A DNA stretch of 63,128 nt, filler included, from Saprolegnia diclina VS20 (Eukaryota): NCBI RefSeq assembly GCF_000281045.1. It is 5 parts of 2 records of this genome, joined end to end, with 100 filler letters (N's around TTAATTAATTAA, not from the genome) between each part and the next. Parts side by side here need not be neighbours in the genome. Positions count along the whole stretch, not along the records: positions 1 to 29,349 come from NW_008246070.1; 4 more parts are not named here. One strand, given 5' to 3'. The position numbers and the translations under genes are program-made. This document shows, piece after piece, positions 9,176 through 21,140 of the stretch (its first letter is position 1; each line of letters begins with the position of its first letter). The notes beneath the pieces are model-generated. The model saw nothing but the letters and a program-made list of their open reading frames with translations. It did not search any database and was not told where the DNA came from.

Positions 9176-11824
9176 GCCTTCCTGCGCCGGGCGGAGACGA
9201 TTGGTTGTGTCCGTGGCGCCAGATGGTGCACCGACAACATCGACGCCATGTGTCACAGGTGCCAAATGCAAAAGCAAGGTAAAACAAACATTCCTCAATG
9301 GCAGCGGAGTGGCAAGGTGGCTCGAGAGACGAGCGAGGTGGTCGTCTTGCTGCTGCTAACGTTCATTGTTGTGCACCTAGAAGAAGTTGCATGAGTGCTA
9401 GAAGTACACCGATTCGAAAATGCGGCAACGCAACTGCCCCTCTTGCGGTTATCTGGGAACGAAGGCTGCAGGGGCGAGAGTGATAGAATTCACAGCGTAA
9501 AAGAACCCGGCTTGATACGTGGGTGACGGCCACATTTGTAGTGAATTGAGATCTCAATCTCAATCCACTACATTTGTGGCCCGTGCGAGAGGAGGTCGCG
9601 CCTCGGTCCGAAAACGCCGCGATGCAGCCCTGCGTTAAAAAAATGGAGTAGGTATCGTGTTCCTCTCAACGCGTGCAGGCGAGAGCGAGGATGCCGCCTC
9701 TTTTGTGTGCTATTTTGCCCTGAGCAAACAACAAGCCTACTACTTCATTTCGCAAACGCTATCCTCTAAAACTGTTGCTGGAAGCAGCTACGGAAAACTG
9801 TAGGGAACTTTGCGTCCATTTACGACCGCCATTTGTGAGTCAAGCTCGTCGGAGAGCGTGAGCCAGAGAGACGCCAAGAACCACGCTGAGGCGGCAGTCT
9901 GGTCTGTGCAGGGGATTAGTTGCCGTCACACCACATGTTTTCACAACTGTCTCGACTGGTTTTTGTGTCCGACCAATCATATTGGAAACAGCAATAGATA
10001 ATGCTCATCGAGCCGCCGTGCTATCATCAAGCAAATGCTTAGTACTGATCAGTAGTACTAGTCCTTTGCGTGTGTTATAGTACATGCACTGCGGTCTCGT
10101 CGTGTATGCATGTATCTCTACCGTTCATACACGGGGCAAGCTCTTGTTGACGTTAGGTCTGGAGTTTGGTCGGGGTTTGCAACTTGGTGCACAACACATT
10201 TGCAGGTAGTACGCTTGTATAGTAGGTAGTTGGGTGGCGGCACCTAATCAGCACGCAGAAAAAGCACGAACAACAATACACCGCGGGGCGATGCGAATTC
10301 AGTGGTTTCTGCAATACGAGCAATTAGTGTCTAGCTGTTGGACGGTACGCTAGTTGTTCGTCGACATCGAGTGTCAACGTACGACACTTGGATCCGTTGG
10401 GAACACGAGAAGGCGCTGTTTCTATCGCGCTTGACAACTGGACAGCTGGCTACGTACGGTGCCAGCTTGAAGTGTGCAAAATACGCTGTGACTCTTGGTG
10501 GATCGCGGGCAGCGTTCTCGCAGCTCACGCAAAGTTAAAGTGCTGGGTAGGGCGAGTGTTCTGATTGAAGGTAGCGGTTGAGAGCGTGGCAACGGTCTGT
10601 CGTTGATCGAGGGCCACCCGGAATTTTCTACCCTTTTTCCGGTAGTGTTTTCCACCACAACTAAACCAGGGTATTGTTTATCCATGTTGGGCGCCAAGCG
10701 ACACAAACATACTTCGAATCATGGCACAAACCCAATCCAGAGTCGCTCAATAGAGTGGTTTGATATTTTGGGCCACGACCGTAGTTTTGAGTGTCTACTT
10801 TCACTATAATCGTGCGCGCGGCAGATAAGACACAAGTAGCGTATCTCCATCCATACACGTCCATGCAGAGATGTTGTGCCTTCCGCAGCCCGCGTTGATT
10901 GACACTAAAAGTACTCGGCAGATCATTAGATGATGCGGCTGAAATGCAATCAGTGGATATGTGGTTTTCCCTAACTCCCTGTCCATCCATACTCTGTCCT
11001 GCTTATACAGTGTATGTGATTCCATATTCGTGGACGTTAGTGTGCCATTTCCGTTCGGCACTCTACCCAGAGCACGAAGGTGCTCGACAGAATTTTTAAC
11101 TTTCCGCCTACACAAAATCATATAGTTGGCAGCGCTGTTTCGATCTCTTGACGTCGGTCGTTGAGCGTGGATATAAGAAAAGATGGCGATGGCGCTGGAC
11201 AGTGCGGTGCATCTCATGATTCGTAAAGTCAAGCTTCCTGGGCGGGGACGGCCAAAGATCGCAGTGCACCAATCATCGATGCCACTCAGCGGAGAGAGAC
11301 ATGTGATTGGCTCTTCTATTTTTTTGCCTGCGATCTTTCAACGACGATGATTGGCCCATCGCGTATCTAAATTCACCAACTGCTCGTCCTGCTGACAACC
11401 GCAAACAACAGAGCAAGCTTTGAACCTGCGACCCAACAACGGTACTCCAAATAACAGCTCATATGAGCAACGCTCTATCCGTGTCTATTCGGTTTGGCAG
11501 TCACTGCTAGCGTACTAGTACTACTGCGAGCAACCAATCTTAAGCTCTCAGTCAACCTTATTCACACGCGCAAAATTGATGCAGGAGCAGCACCCAAACT
11601 AGCAGACTAGAACGCTCTGCCTTTATTGAAGTCCACTGACCGTAAACAGGTCGTGGTAGCATAATTGCTGGTGTCGGTCATTGGAGTACCTCCTGAAACC
11701 CGCGGGCCAAATTTCGCGGGCCAGCATGCGGATCGGTGGTTCAAACGCAAGGCAGTAGCCAAGGCGTTGAGAAGACATTGGTTTACATTCAAGTTCACTA
11801 CGTAGCGAGCTACGAAAACACACA

Positions 11825-12340
11825 TCAACAAGCAGGAGGGGTCGTTGGCACCAGCGCCTTGAACAAAGCTTTAAACTGCGACCACTTGGGTCGACGAGGT
11901 TGACTTTCCTCGACATCGACTTCTTCGTCCTCTTCAACAAAGGTCGAGTGATGCCGCTCGCGAAAGCTGCCCTCGGCTTTGGAACATGCGAGTGGGCTGA
12001 AGAGGATGAGCTCTGTCGTTCGGTACAGCGTATCATGGTGGACGAGAAGTTGCTCGAGATTGACGTCCAGCGTGTCGGATGTAATATCGCGGATAATACA
12101 CGGCCGGCAGACACGCACTGGCGTAAGGCCGACAAGCGGGAGCTCCGATGTCACAAACTGAGAGCACGCGCGGCAGACAACGTCGCCACAGCGGCGGCAG
12201 TGGTGCTTTCGCCGCAGCCGGAGAAGAAACTGCTTGTTGCACGCCGCGCAGCTCGAGCGGCGCTTGTCAGGCACCCACTCGCGCTTCGGTTTGAAGTGCT
12301 CAAGGCGATAGACCACTGGTGATGAGAGTGCTGAGGGCAT
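11825..12340 (-). CDS. Small FYVE zinc-finger protein
   Basis: WVPD...CAAC...RRKHHCRRCGDVVCRAC...VRVCRPC, the full FYVE signature (WxxD, RKHHCR, RVC). Confidence 0.9.
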   Translation of the reverse strand: MPSALSSPVVYRLEHFKPKREWVPDKRRSSCAACNKQFLLRLRRKHHCRRCGDVVCRACSQFVTSELPLVGLTPVRVCRPCIIRDITSDTLDVNLEQLLVHHDTLYRTTELILFSPLACSKAEGSFRERHHSTFVEEDEEVDVEESQPRRPKWSQFKALFKALVPTTPPAC

Positions 12341-13190
12341 AATGTACAATGAACCTGCATAAAGCCAAGGCTCATTGCCCTTGATCAGGCTCGTTCGCGC
12401 CGATCTCCGGCTTCGATTTTTCCAAAAAATAGAATATGACACTATAAACGACTACAGACAATCACCCCCGTTTAGTATAAATAGTGTAATAATATAGTGA
12501 AAGCCTCTCAACACGGCATGGCAACGTTGCTATGTACACTATTTCTTGGATCGGTTTCTGCGGCACCGCAATCGAGCATCAAGTTTAGTCCCTTGCTGAG
12601 CACAGAGGTTGGCCACAATCCCAGCAGCCCTTCTACCGTTATGATAACAAAACTGACCTAGCTTCTTTCACTCGCTTCAGCATCGTCTACAGCGCATAAG
12701 TAAGTGCAGTCAACTTGAACGAAACGGCAGTTGCCGCCCACCAAGTCTGAGTCCATCCATCAGCTTTTCATTACCTTACATGTTCACCCGTTGAGTATAA
12801 ACCTGGCAAGGTCTTCCCATGTAATATAGCCTAAAAGTCGTAGAAGCGGACCTCTACGTCAATCCGCTTGGCTAGGGAGCCTCCAATCTCAGCATTAGAG
12901 CCTCCGCTCTCAGCACGAGATGCGTACTACCACCATGTTTTCTCAATGAATCTCTGCTTGGACAGTGGTGCGGCGAGACACCCGTTTGCAGCTCTTTGGG
13001 GCGGAAGGTTCCTGAGAAGGCTGTCCGCAATGCTACGTTCTCCATCGAAGCGCACCTCACCTTATGTGAACGTTCCTCCTTATTTGCGGCACATGCCACG
13101 GATAAAACACGAAATTAGTGTGCGACTATCTTTTTCGAGCCAACGGCAAATTGCCACAGTCGCGCCAGTGCCCAGTCCCAAGAAGCAACC

Positions 13191-14282
13191 ATGGCGCTCA
13201 TCACGACGTACGTCTCGATGTGGACGGCCGCGCTGCTCGACTACTCGGCGCAGTGGTTCCCCGCGCCGGCGGTGCCAGCGCCGCCAGCCCCGCTGCCAAA
13301 CGCGTCGATGGCGCTCGACATGCTGTGCATGTGTCGGTCGTTTGCGACGCCCCAGTCGCACCTCGCTGACCAACTGAACCAAACGCAGTGCGCAGGCCTG
13401 GGCTTTGCCAACCGGTGGACGGTCGATACCAACATGTCGCACCTCTCGCCGTTGGCACCGCCCGTCTTTGTCGACGGCCACGAGCTCATACTCGGTGGCA
13501 CGCTGCGCGCGATGGTCTTTACGAGCTCCGAGACGGATGAAATGGTGCTTGCGTTTCGGCACCAAGAAGGCGACGGGCTACTGGACAGCGAGCTCTGGGA
13601 AGCCATGGGCCTCTTTGGGCGCAACTTTGTGCAGCTGAGCGCGCCCTCGATGCTGACGTACGGCTCGCTGCTCGACTATGCGAGCCGGTACATCCAGTAC
13701 CTCATCTTTGGCACACGCCACCTGCTCGGCGCCGACTTTGTACCGCTAGCGATTGCGTTTACAACCGAGATGCGCCGCACGTACCCGCACCACTCGCTGC
13801 ACTTTACTGGCTACTCACTCGGCGGCGCGATTGCGCAGCTGGCGGCGATTCGCTTTGACATGCATGCCACGACGTTTGCTGCGAATGGCATCTTGGACCT
13901 TCTCCACTTGTACCAATTACAGCCCTCGGGCTCGGTGCGCACGCTGGTCAACTATGCCCACGCCAACGATTTCGTCCCGAAAATGGACTGCCAGATTGGC
14001 ACGCTCGTGCTCGATCCCACGACCGGTGGCTCGGACGACCCGGACGCGACGCACAAGGCATTTGTGTACGGGCCCACAGCTTGGAACATGCTGCATTCGC
14101 CGCTCACAGCAACGCCGGGCCGGCTCTACAGCCAAGACCACGGGTACTGCATTGACAATGCTTTTGCCCATGCACCTGGCGCGGCGTCGGTCCTCGACGG
14201 CACCTTGCAGCGTCTCACGGCGCATCTCGTGTCGACGATGCTGGTTGCCTGCGTTGCCTGGTGGGTCGTGCGCCGCATGTAA
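13191..14282 (+). CDS. Class-3/ATG15-like lipase (alpha/beta hydrolase) with hydrophobic C-terminal tail
   Basis: MVLAFR, nucleophile elbow LHFTGYSLGGAIAQL, TTFAANG, YAHANDFVP; C-terminal VSTMLVACVAWWVV. Confidence 0.75.
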   Translation: MALITTYVSMWTAALLDYSAQWFPAPAVPAPPAPLPNASMALDMLCMCRSFATPQSHLADQLNQTQCAGLGFANRWTVDTNMSHLSPLAPPVFVDGHELILGGTLRAMVFTSSETDEMVLAFRHQEGDGLLDSELWEAMGLFGRNFVQLSAPSMLTYGSLLDYASRYIQYLIFGTRHLLGADFVPLAIAFTTEMRRTYPHHSLHFTGYSLGGAIAQLAAIRFDMHATTFAANGILDLLHLYQLQPSGSVRTLVNYAHANDFVPKMDCQIGTLVLDPTTGGSDDPDATHKAFVYGPTAWNMLHSPLTATPGRLYSQDHGYCIDNAFAHAPGAASVLDGTLQRLTAHLVSTMLVACVAWWVVRRM

Positions 14283-14351
14283 GCCACAACACAATGCAAG
14301 TTTTGCTCATGTATGTAAAAAGAAAAGACATTATTGGTACCACATAGCACA

Positions 14352-15992
14352 TTACGCTTGCTGGGTCGTGCTCGGCCGGCGCTGGCGAAGGCCTTCAGTG
14401 TCTGGCGGCACGGGGGCGTCCGTAGCGTCTTTGGCGGGCTTGGCATCGAGGTGCACAACCTCGGTCTCGTCGTCGACTCGGATATCTGGCGTCTCCTTCT
14501 CGGCTTGCTCGTGGCGGAGCTCGTCGGCCCAGTCTTGGCGCAGCCCGCGCACGAACGCCAGGAGGAGCAGTGCAAAGATGGTGCCCACCGCCGACATGAG
14601 CGGGTACGTTTGGACGTACTCGGCCCCACGGGTCGCGTAACCTTTGGCGATCTCGTAGTACGTAGGCTCGTACTTCTTGCGCGCCGGTCGCTCCTTGGGC
14701 TTGGGCGCCGGCTCCATCTCGATGGCGAGCTCTTCGGCCTTTTGCTTGGGCGCCCACGTCTCGCGCGCAAAGTCAAAGGCGTCCTGAAGGTCGTGACCGA
14801 GCCAAAGGTTGTCGATCTGAATGTTGGTGGCCATGCTCCAGACCTCGAGCGCCACGGCGCTACGACACATCATGAGTGTCAAAGGTACTTGGCCATTGCC
14901 TACCCGATCGGCTCCATGCGCGCCGGGTGCGCATCTTCGTAGTAGTCGGGGTTGGGGATCTTTCGGGGCTCCCACTCCCCCAAGTAGTCGGGATTTTCGA
15001 TCATCGGAGGCGTCCACTTGCCTCGGTACGCCGGGTTTGACATCATCGATTGCTACGAGATTCCCATGTTGAAGGACAAGTTGACCATTGTGCATTGGAC
15101 GTACCTTCCACGGTCCCTTTTCCGCCTCGTCCCAGTCGTCGGGCTGGGTGATCTTGGGGTTGGGAATGGTCTTGGGCGCGTCATCGTCCCAGTCTTCTGG
15201 CTTTTGTGCCGCGGGGTCCGGAATGAACTCGGTTTCTTCGTACGTCGAGGGGCGGACGTCGGACGGGTCATCAATTTCCTTTGGCGGGTTGACCGCCGGC
15301 TTGAAATGCGTGAGAAGACTGCCCTTCTTGATCGCGACCAAGTCGGCGTACACCTCGAACGAGTTGTCATCATGGACGGCGAGCGTGTACACGTGGCTCA
15401 GCTTGTCTTCGGTCTTTGCGGGCGGCGAGATCTCGAGATGCTTCTCTTCATACATGTGCGTCAGTGGGTTCTTGTGGTTGAAGATAAAATGCACTTTGTT
15501 GGTCTTGTCGCACCGGTCGGGCCCAAACATGATGCTGAACGGAGACTTTTCATCGAGCGATTCGAGGTCGGCGGGTTCGCGGAGGAGCTTGAGGTAGCTG
15601 CCGGCGCAGTTGACGCCGTCACGGTACTTGACTTCGTACTGCACGATGAGAGCGCTCTTGGTCTCATCCAGCTGGAATGACGACGGAAGCTTGGCGCCAA
15701 AGCCGTAGTGCTGGGCTTTCGCCTCCATCAAAAGTGCCTTGTCCTGCGCAAAAGTGCCGAGGAGGCGCGGGCCTTCCTGCACAGACACCTTTTGCTCGCG
15801 GTATTTCTTGTGGCGGCTCTTGACCCACACCGAGTTCTCGTCAAAGAGCGTCGAGTTCTGGAACGTCTCGGCCCAGAACGCCTTGCTCGTCGACGGGACT
15901 CCAAACGCCGACAGGCTTGGCACGACGTCGCCTTCGGCGGACGCAAGGGCCAGCGCGATCGCTGTCGTGAGGTAGGCGACAGAGCGGACCAT
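14352..15992 (-). CDS. CANX: Calnexin (3 exons; introns 15053-15104 and 14860-14903)
   Basis: Signal peptide, [29 protein letters not shown] repeats. Splicing restores [37 protein letters not shown] helix and charged tail follow. Confidence 0.95.
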   Translation of the reverse strand: MVRSVAYLTTAIALALASAEGDVVPSLSAFGVPSTSKAFWAETFQNSTLFDENSVWVKSRHKKYREQKVSVQEGPRLLGTFAQDKALLMEAKAQHYGFGAKLPSSFQLDETKSALIVQYEVKYRDGVNCAGSYLKLLREPADLESLDEKSPFSIMFGPDRCDKTNKVHFIFNHKNPLTHMYEEKHLEISPPAKTEDKLSHVYTLAVHDDNSFEVYADLVAIKKGSLLTHFKPAVNPPKEIDDPSDVRPSTYEETEFIPDPAAQKPEDWDDDAPKTIPNPKITQPDDWDEAEKGPWKVRPMHNGQLVLQHGNLVAIDDVKPGVPRQVDASDDRKSRLLGGVGAPKDPQPRLLRRCAPGAHGADRVGNGQVPLTLMMCRSAVALEVWSMATNIQIDNLWLGHDLQDAFDFARETWAPKQKAEELAIEMEPAPKPKERPARKKYEPTYYEIAKGYATRGAEYVQTYPLMSAVGTIFALLLLAFVRGLRQDWADELRHEQAEKETPDIRVDDETEVVHLDAKPAKDATDAPVPPDTEGLRQRRPSTTQQA

Positions 15993-16908
15993 CGAGCTTG
16001 AGGGAAGGATCTGTGCGCCAGGAAACTAAATGCACTCTGACTGCCTTTCTGGCGAAACCGGACCGAAACCGAGGACCCTCTCATTATGAATATACTGTGC
16101 AAATGGGTTCCATGTAATCCACTGTATCAAGTATATATTCTGAATCTTGGATATCAAAACATTATTTCCTGTTAGAATGAATATCTCTGTGGTGTGCGGT
16201 CGAAACATCGAAGTTTAGTCCCGCGACGAGGCGCCGGTTCACAACCTCCAAAAGCGCGGCCCTTGGCGCTTACGGCTGCTGTGCTCGTAAACGTGCGGCT
16301 TGTTGATGCAATTAAGGGAAGATAATTGCACTGGTTTGCTGCAGTCGACGCTGGGATACCATGTCAGCGAATCATTCTTCCGTTCACGCTCCCGTGGGTC
16401 TCAAGGAAGCTCCCTATTCACTTTGGAAATGCGGTGATTTGAAACGCAGCAATCTTGTCTTTGGCACCATGTTGCTGTCGGACCTGCGATTGGCCCACAC
16501 AAAATCACAGAGCCCAACGCAGGGCAGTGTGCTCGAGCGAACTTGCTTGAGCGAGCTAGTTGTAAGTTGGCTGCCCAGTTGAAGCCGAAGAAAATATACG
16601 ATTGCAGGACGCAGCTGCGCCTGGACACAGTACTGTCGAGTCCCACTGACTGACCTCTGTTCAGTGAAAATTCGGCCGAGTAGCCTTCTCGGGTGTATCG
16701 TAGGAGCTCCAAGTCCTGGCGTCGTCTTGTGCAGCGACGCACACCTTGGTGATGGTGCGTTGAGAGACAGCGAACACATCGGCACCAACCGGCGCGCAGG
16801 AGCCGGCGGCGGTTGGCGATCTTGTCCTGTCTTTGGCGCGATGCCATTGGTTAAGAATGTAGGTCACTGGGACAGGCCCAACGGCGGTGCCAGTTGGCAG
16901 AGTGAGCG

Positions 16909-18258
16909 ATGGAGAGCAAGCGCATCGCGATCGTCTCGATCGGGTCCCGCGGCGACGTGCAGCCGTACTGCGTGCTCGGGCGCGCGCTCGCGGACCGCGG
17001 CCATAAGGTCGTCATCGCCGCCGAGCAGCGCCTTGAGAGCCTCGTCGTCGACGAGTTCCGGCTGCCGTACCGGCGCATCGTGGGCGACTCGACTGGCGGC
17101 CTCTTTGACCCCAAGTTCCAAGCCGGGCTCGCGAAAGGCTCGATCGTCGCGATCATGAAGATGACAAAAGAGTGGAAGGGCAAGTACAAGATGGACGACA
17201 TTCTTGCATCGTATGTGACCGCACTCGAAGGCGCCGACGTCATTGTGTCGGGCGGGCTCTGCCTCGCCATGTCGTACGCGGTTGCCGAGAAGCTCGACGC
17301 GGCATGGGTGCCGTTCATTCTCGGGCCCACATGTCCCACGACCGAGTTTCCTGTGTGGGCGCTGAGTGGCCTCGCCTGTGGCCTGCGCTGCCTCAACAAG
17401 TGGACGTACAATGTGCTCTTCAAGCAGCTCTGGAAGGACGAGCAGGTCTACATCAACCCATGGCGTACCCAAGTCTTGGAGCTGCCCCCGATCACGATGC
17501 CCCTTGGTATGCTCGATGTCATCAACACCAACGAGCGCATCCGAGTTCTTATCGGGTGCTCGGCGCTCTTTTGCGGCCCCAAGGCGCGCATCCCAAGCGA
17601 CTATGACCCGCGCAAGATCCATCTGCTTGGCCCTATCTTTGCTGCGCCGTCGCCGCTCCCCGAGACAGCAACCAGCTTTCTCAACGCCGCGCGGGCGGCT
17701 GGCACGCCCATCATCTACTTGGGCTTTGGTAGCATGCCGACCGCCAACCCGATGGGGCTGTTGCGCCTCGCGATCGATGTCTGCGAGCGCGTCGGGTGCC
17801 GCGCGATCGTCGTCGCTGGCTGGTCGGCGCTCACGTCGGACGAGGCCGACGCGCTCCTCACGGCCAACCAAACGCGGCTCTTGGTGCTGCCGTCGATCTC
17901 GCACGGAGCCCTCTTTCCAAAGGTCGACTGCATCGTGCACCACGCCGGCATTGGCACGTGCAACGCGTCCCTCATCAGTGGGACGCCGCAAGTGCCGTGC
18001 CCTGTGCTATTGGACCAACCGCACAATGCAAAAGTCCTCGTGCGACTCGGTGTCGCGCCGTGCGCACTGCCGTTCGGGAAGCTTGCGGCTCCCGGGTTGG
18101 CCCGCGCCGTTCAAGACATATTGACGAATGCCAAGGATATCCAAGCCCGCGCCACGGCGATTGGCATCAGCCTTCGGGACGAATGCGCCAACGCGCTGGC
18201 ACAGTACATGCAGCTCATCACGACGGCCGAGTCGCTGAACGCCGCTGCGTCCTCGTAG
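16909..18258 (+). CDS. Sterol 3-beta-glucosyltransferase-like UDP-glycosyltransferase (GT1)
   Basis: IGSRGDVQPY, IYLGFGSMP, SHGALFPKVDCIVHHAGIGT, PQVPCPVLLDQPHNA; intronless, 449 aa. Confidence 0.9.
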   Translation: MESKRIAIVSIGSRGDVQPYCVLGRALADRGHKVVIAAEQRLESLVVDEFRLPYRRIVGDSTGGLFDPKFQAGLAKGSIVAIMKMTKEWKGKYKMDDILASYVTALEGADVIVSGGLCLAMSYAVAEKLDAAWVPFILGPTCPTTEFPVWALSGLACGLRCLNKWTYNVLFKQLWKDEQVYINPWRTQVLELPPITMPLGMLDVINTNERIRVLIGCSALFCGPKARIPSDYDPRKIHLLGPIFAAPSPLPETATSFLNAARAAGTPIIYLGFGSMPTANPMGLLRLAIDVCERVGCRAIVVAGWSALTSDEADALLTANQTRLLVLPSISHGALFPKVDCIVHHAGIGTCNASLISGTPQVPCPVLLDQPHNAKVLVRLGVAPCALPFGKLAAPGLARAVQDILTNAKDIQARATAIGISLRDECANALAQYMQLITTAESLNAAASS

Positions 18259-18400
18259 CCGACCCGTCGGCACCCTATCCTTTGCCGGTGCGACGGGACA
18301 CGAACGTTCAGACAATATGTCTTTTTATGTTGTATACCCCAGCGATCTTATGTCCAGCTACAGTGGTCGTATTAGCCGCTGGAACTTGCGTGCGAGGGGG

Positions 18401-18679
18401 CTAGGGTTGGCGGCGGCGGCGCGCGGCGGTAGAGCGCTGCAGGGCGTGCTCCCAGAGGCGGTCGGCCGTCTCGTCGTGCTCATGCTCATGAATGTAGAAC
18501 GCAGACCAGCGCAGCTTGCGCGCTTGCCGGTGGTAGCGAGCATGCAGCGCCTGCAGTCCGACTTCGACGGCGTCGGCAATGTCGGCTGGTGATGCGTCCA
18601 TCTGCACGAGCAGCGTGTACCGGCGCAGGGTCTCGGCGCCGTTCTTGGTGGCAGCGAGGTAGATGGTCGCAAACACCAT
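18401..18679 (-). CDS. Small hypothetical protein
   Basis: ORF MVFATIYLAATKNGAETLRRYTLLVQMDASPADIADAVEVGLQALH... with coding-like GC pattern; no family recognised. Confidence 0.45.
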   Translation of the reverse strand: MVFATIYLAATKNGAETLRRYTLLVQMDASPADIADAVEVGLQALHARYHRQARKLRWSAFYIHEHEHDETADRLWEHALQRSTAARRRRQP

Positions 18680-18953
18680 TGCAAATAGGATAGTTGGTCC
18701 AACTCTTCCCTCGTCACGAGCCTTTGCATGGAGAAGTCCTCGACGCCATTTGCCTTTGTACATCATTTTTCTTGTCGGAAAATAACATTAGAAATCGCGA
18801 TTGCCACTGTGGAGGAAGCGTTGTCCGTGCTGGCTTTTTTTGCCGTCTCGGTGCTCCAGGGTTGAATCACGCAATCTAACCTCTTATCGATATATTTATC
18901 CATCTAGTATCTAACTAGAATCTATCCATCCTTGCCGTTACAACCGCAGCGCT

Positions 18954-19553
18954 ATGCGACGACAGAGTGCGTTCCAGCACCGCCCGGTGGCGGCGCCCCA
19001 AGCCGAGCGCAACGAGGTCTGGGACGCAGTGTACGCGCAAGACTATGCGCGCGCCCAAGCGCTTCTCACGCAAAGCGTAAACATACCGAGCATCAACCGA
19101 CCGCACGGCGTACGAGTCGGGAATGCTGGAACGAACTGTCCTGTTTCTTAGATCTGGGGCAACACGTGCGCGCACGTCGCTGTGCTGCACAACAACCGCA
19201 AGCTCGTCGCGCTTCTTTTGCTGCACAAGGTCAATCTAAATGGGATCAATGTACAGATATTGTCGGCGTTTCCCAGAGGACACTGTGGATCGACTAGATC
19301 AACGGCACGACGCCATTGCACTTTGCCGTCGAGCAGCGCCGCACTGATATGGTCAAGTACCTCGTCGAGAACGGCGCGTCACCGAGCAAGCGAAACGTAT
19401 GAATCGCAGGTCTCGCCGACTGCTGATTGCCTGTAGTATACGTTCAAGTCGCCGTTGGAGCTCGCCAAGACGTTCTCCGACAACAAGGCTATGGTCAAGC
19501 TGCTCCAAGATGCCTACAACGTCGAGCGGGGCGCGGCCAACTTGCAGCCATAG
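18954..19553 (+). CDS. Ankyrin-repeat protein, 4 exons
   Basis: Spliced product contains WGNTCAHVAVLHNNRKLVALLL, NGTTPLHFAVEQRRTDMVKYLVENGAS and KSPLELAK; three short GT-AG introns; stop at 19551-19553. Confidence 0.85.
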
Positions 19554-19621
19554 GCCCAGTGACAAATACGATGTTATATATATTGACTGTAAAGGGTAGA
19601 TATGGTAGCCAACCCGATGCG

Positions 19622-19996
19622 CTAGACCCATTTGGCTGTTGATCGGCGGCTGTAGGTAGATCGTTGCCACCGCTGCTTGGCTTTGCGGGGGACGAAGCGG
19701 CCGATGTAGCTGGACAACCGCTGCCACCGCGTCCGCGAGTTCATGAAGGACACCGACTCGGACGTCACCGTCGCCGGAGAGTCCATGGCCCACGAACCAG
19801 GGCTACCGATGGCCGTCGGGAGCTCATCTGCTGGAGGCGTCTCGGCAACCCACGAGCCCGAAATGTCGTCATCGCGACTCATGGCACGACTAGTGCATCG
19901 CACAGGCGCGTCGGCGGCCGCCTTCGCGTTCATCCGCTTTGGCATCTCCGAGGCAGCGTGGCTCATGCTGGTGGTGACAAAGTCAAAGTCGTTCAT
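19622..19996 (-). CDS. Hypothetical protein (124 aa)
   Basis: ATG-initiated ORF occupying the space between the ankyrin and XRCC2-like genes; no domain recognised. Confidence 0.45.
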   Translation of the reverse strand: MNDFDFVTTSMSHAASEMPKRMNAKAAADAPVRCTSRAMSRDDDISGSWVAETPPADELPTAIGSPGSWAMDSPATVTSESVSFMNSRTRWQRLSSYIGRFVPRKAKQRWQRSTYSRRSTAKWV

Positions 19997-20172
19997 ATCG
20001 CCTTCTCCACCGCGTAAAGGCGTCTAGCTTCAGTGCGAGCACTCTGCATGCATCACGATGCATTTTGTAGAAAACAGTGTAATATACAGCAACTTGAGAC
20101 AGTGTCTGTTGTGAATACGCTGGCTTCAAACACTGTCTTGCACGCTTCGTCTTGTATCCGGACCGAGCCGCG

Positions 20173-21109
20173 ATGTGGGCGCTGGACGAGACAGCGCTGG
20201 ACCTCGTACAGCGAACGTGGTACGACGCGCCTTTCCGCTGTGGTATCGACGTCGTCGACGCCGTCTTCCCCGATGGCATCCCATCGCGCGCCGTCTTGGA
20301 GCTCTACGGCGACGCGGCGAGTCCGCGCAGCCTGATGCTCCAGCACCTCGTCGCGACCTTTCTCCTCCAACAGCCGAATGGCCGCGTCTACTACTTTGAT
20401 CACGAGTGCCATCTCGACGCGGTCGAGATGCGCTGCATTCTCGAGGGCTACGCCGCGCACGACGAAGCGGCGGTCGTCAGCGCCATGCAGCGCCTCGAGC
20501 TCTTTCACGCTCCGTCGACCGCGGTATTTTCCGCCGAGCTGCGCAAGGTGCATGACGAGCTGCTCGCCGCCAAGACACGCCCAGCCAGCGTTCTTTTGGC
20601 CGTCGACGCCATTAGCTCGTTCCACTTGATCGACAAGGCCACGGCGCTCCGCGTCGGCGAGGGCGTCGCGCCCATCAGCGCCATCTACGCGCAGCTCAAG
20701 GAGTTTGCCCGCACGCACTCTGCGTTTCTGTTTGCGACCAAAGCAAGTACGTCCTCAAAGTCGATATTGTCTTTCAGAGAGGATACAATAGACGAGGTGG
20801 GCAAAGGCTGGGGCCACTCCGAGTACATGCCAAGTGTCTGGTCGTCCCTCGTCACCAAGCGGCTCTACTTACGGTATCTGTCCTCTTGGTATACTTTCCG
20901 AGTGGAAATCTCCATCACAAAAGGACACGGACGTCGCCAGGGACGGCGTTTCCATCCCCCGATCAGTCGTCGTTCCAACTGCGCCATTTTGCAAACGGCG
21001 AAGCGTCCGACGCCCACTGACATGCGCAGCTCACATTGTCTGTAGGCGCATTCTGCCCTTTGGCCTCGAGAACCATCGGCTTGTCTTGCTTGGTCCGTCG
21101 CAAGCATGA
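20173..21109 (+). CDS. XRCC2: RAD51 paralog, XRCC2-like, multi-exon
   Basis: DETALDLV, CGIDVVD, VLELYG, VYYFDHECHLD, Walker B LLAVDAISSF, FLFATK, HSEYMPSVWSSLVTKRLYL. 3' exons are approximate. Confidence 0.75.
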
Positions 21110-21140
21110 ATACAGTCCACTGTGGGGTTAGGTCAAACGG

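Noticed and set aside
16864..17991. Long antisense and alternative-frame ORFs overlapping real genes (also 52895-53809, 56050-57306, 31387-32220)
   Set aside because: Shadow ORFs expected from high GC3 codon bias; no recognisable domains.
13191..18258. Lipase, calnexin and sterol glucosyltransferase as a lipid/ER gene cluster
   Set aside because: The pathways are unrelated and there is no evidence of co-regulation; ordinary adjacency in a compact genome.
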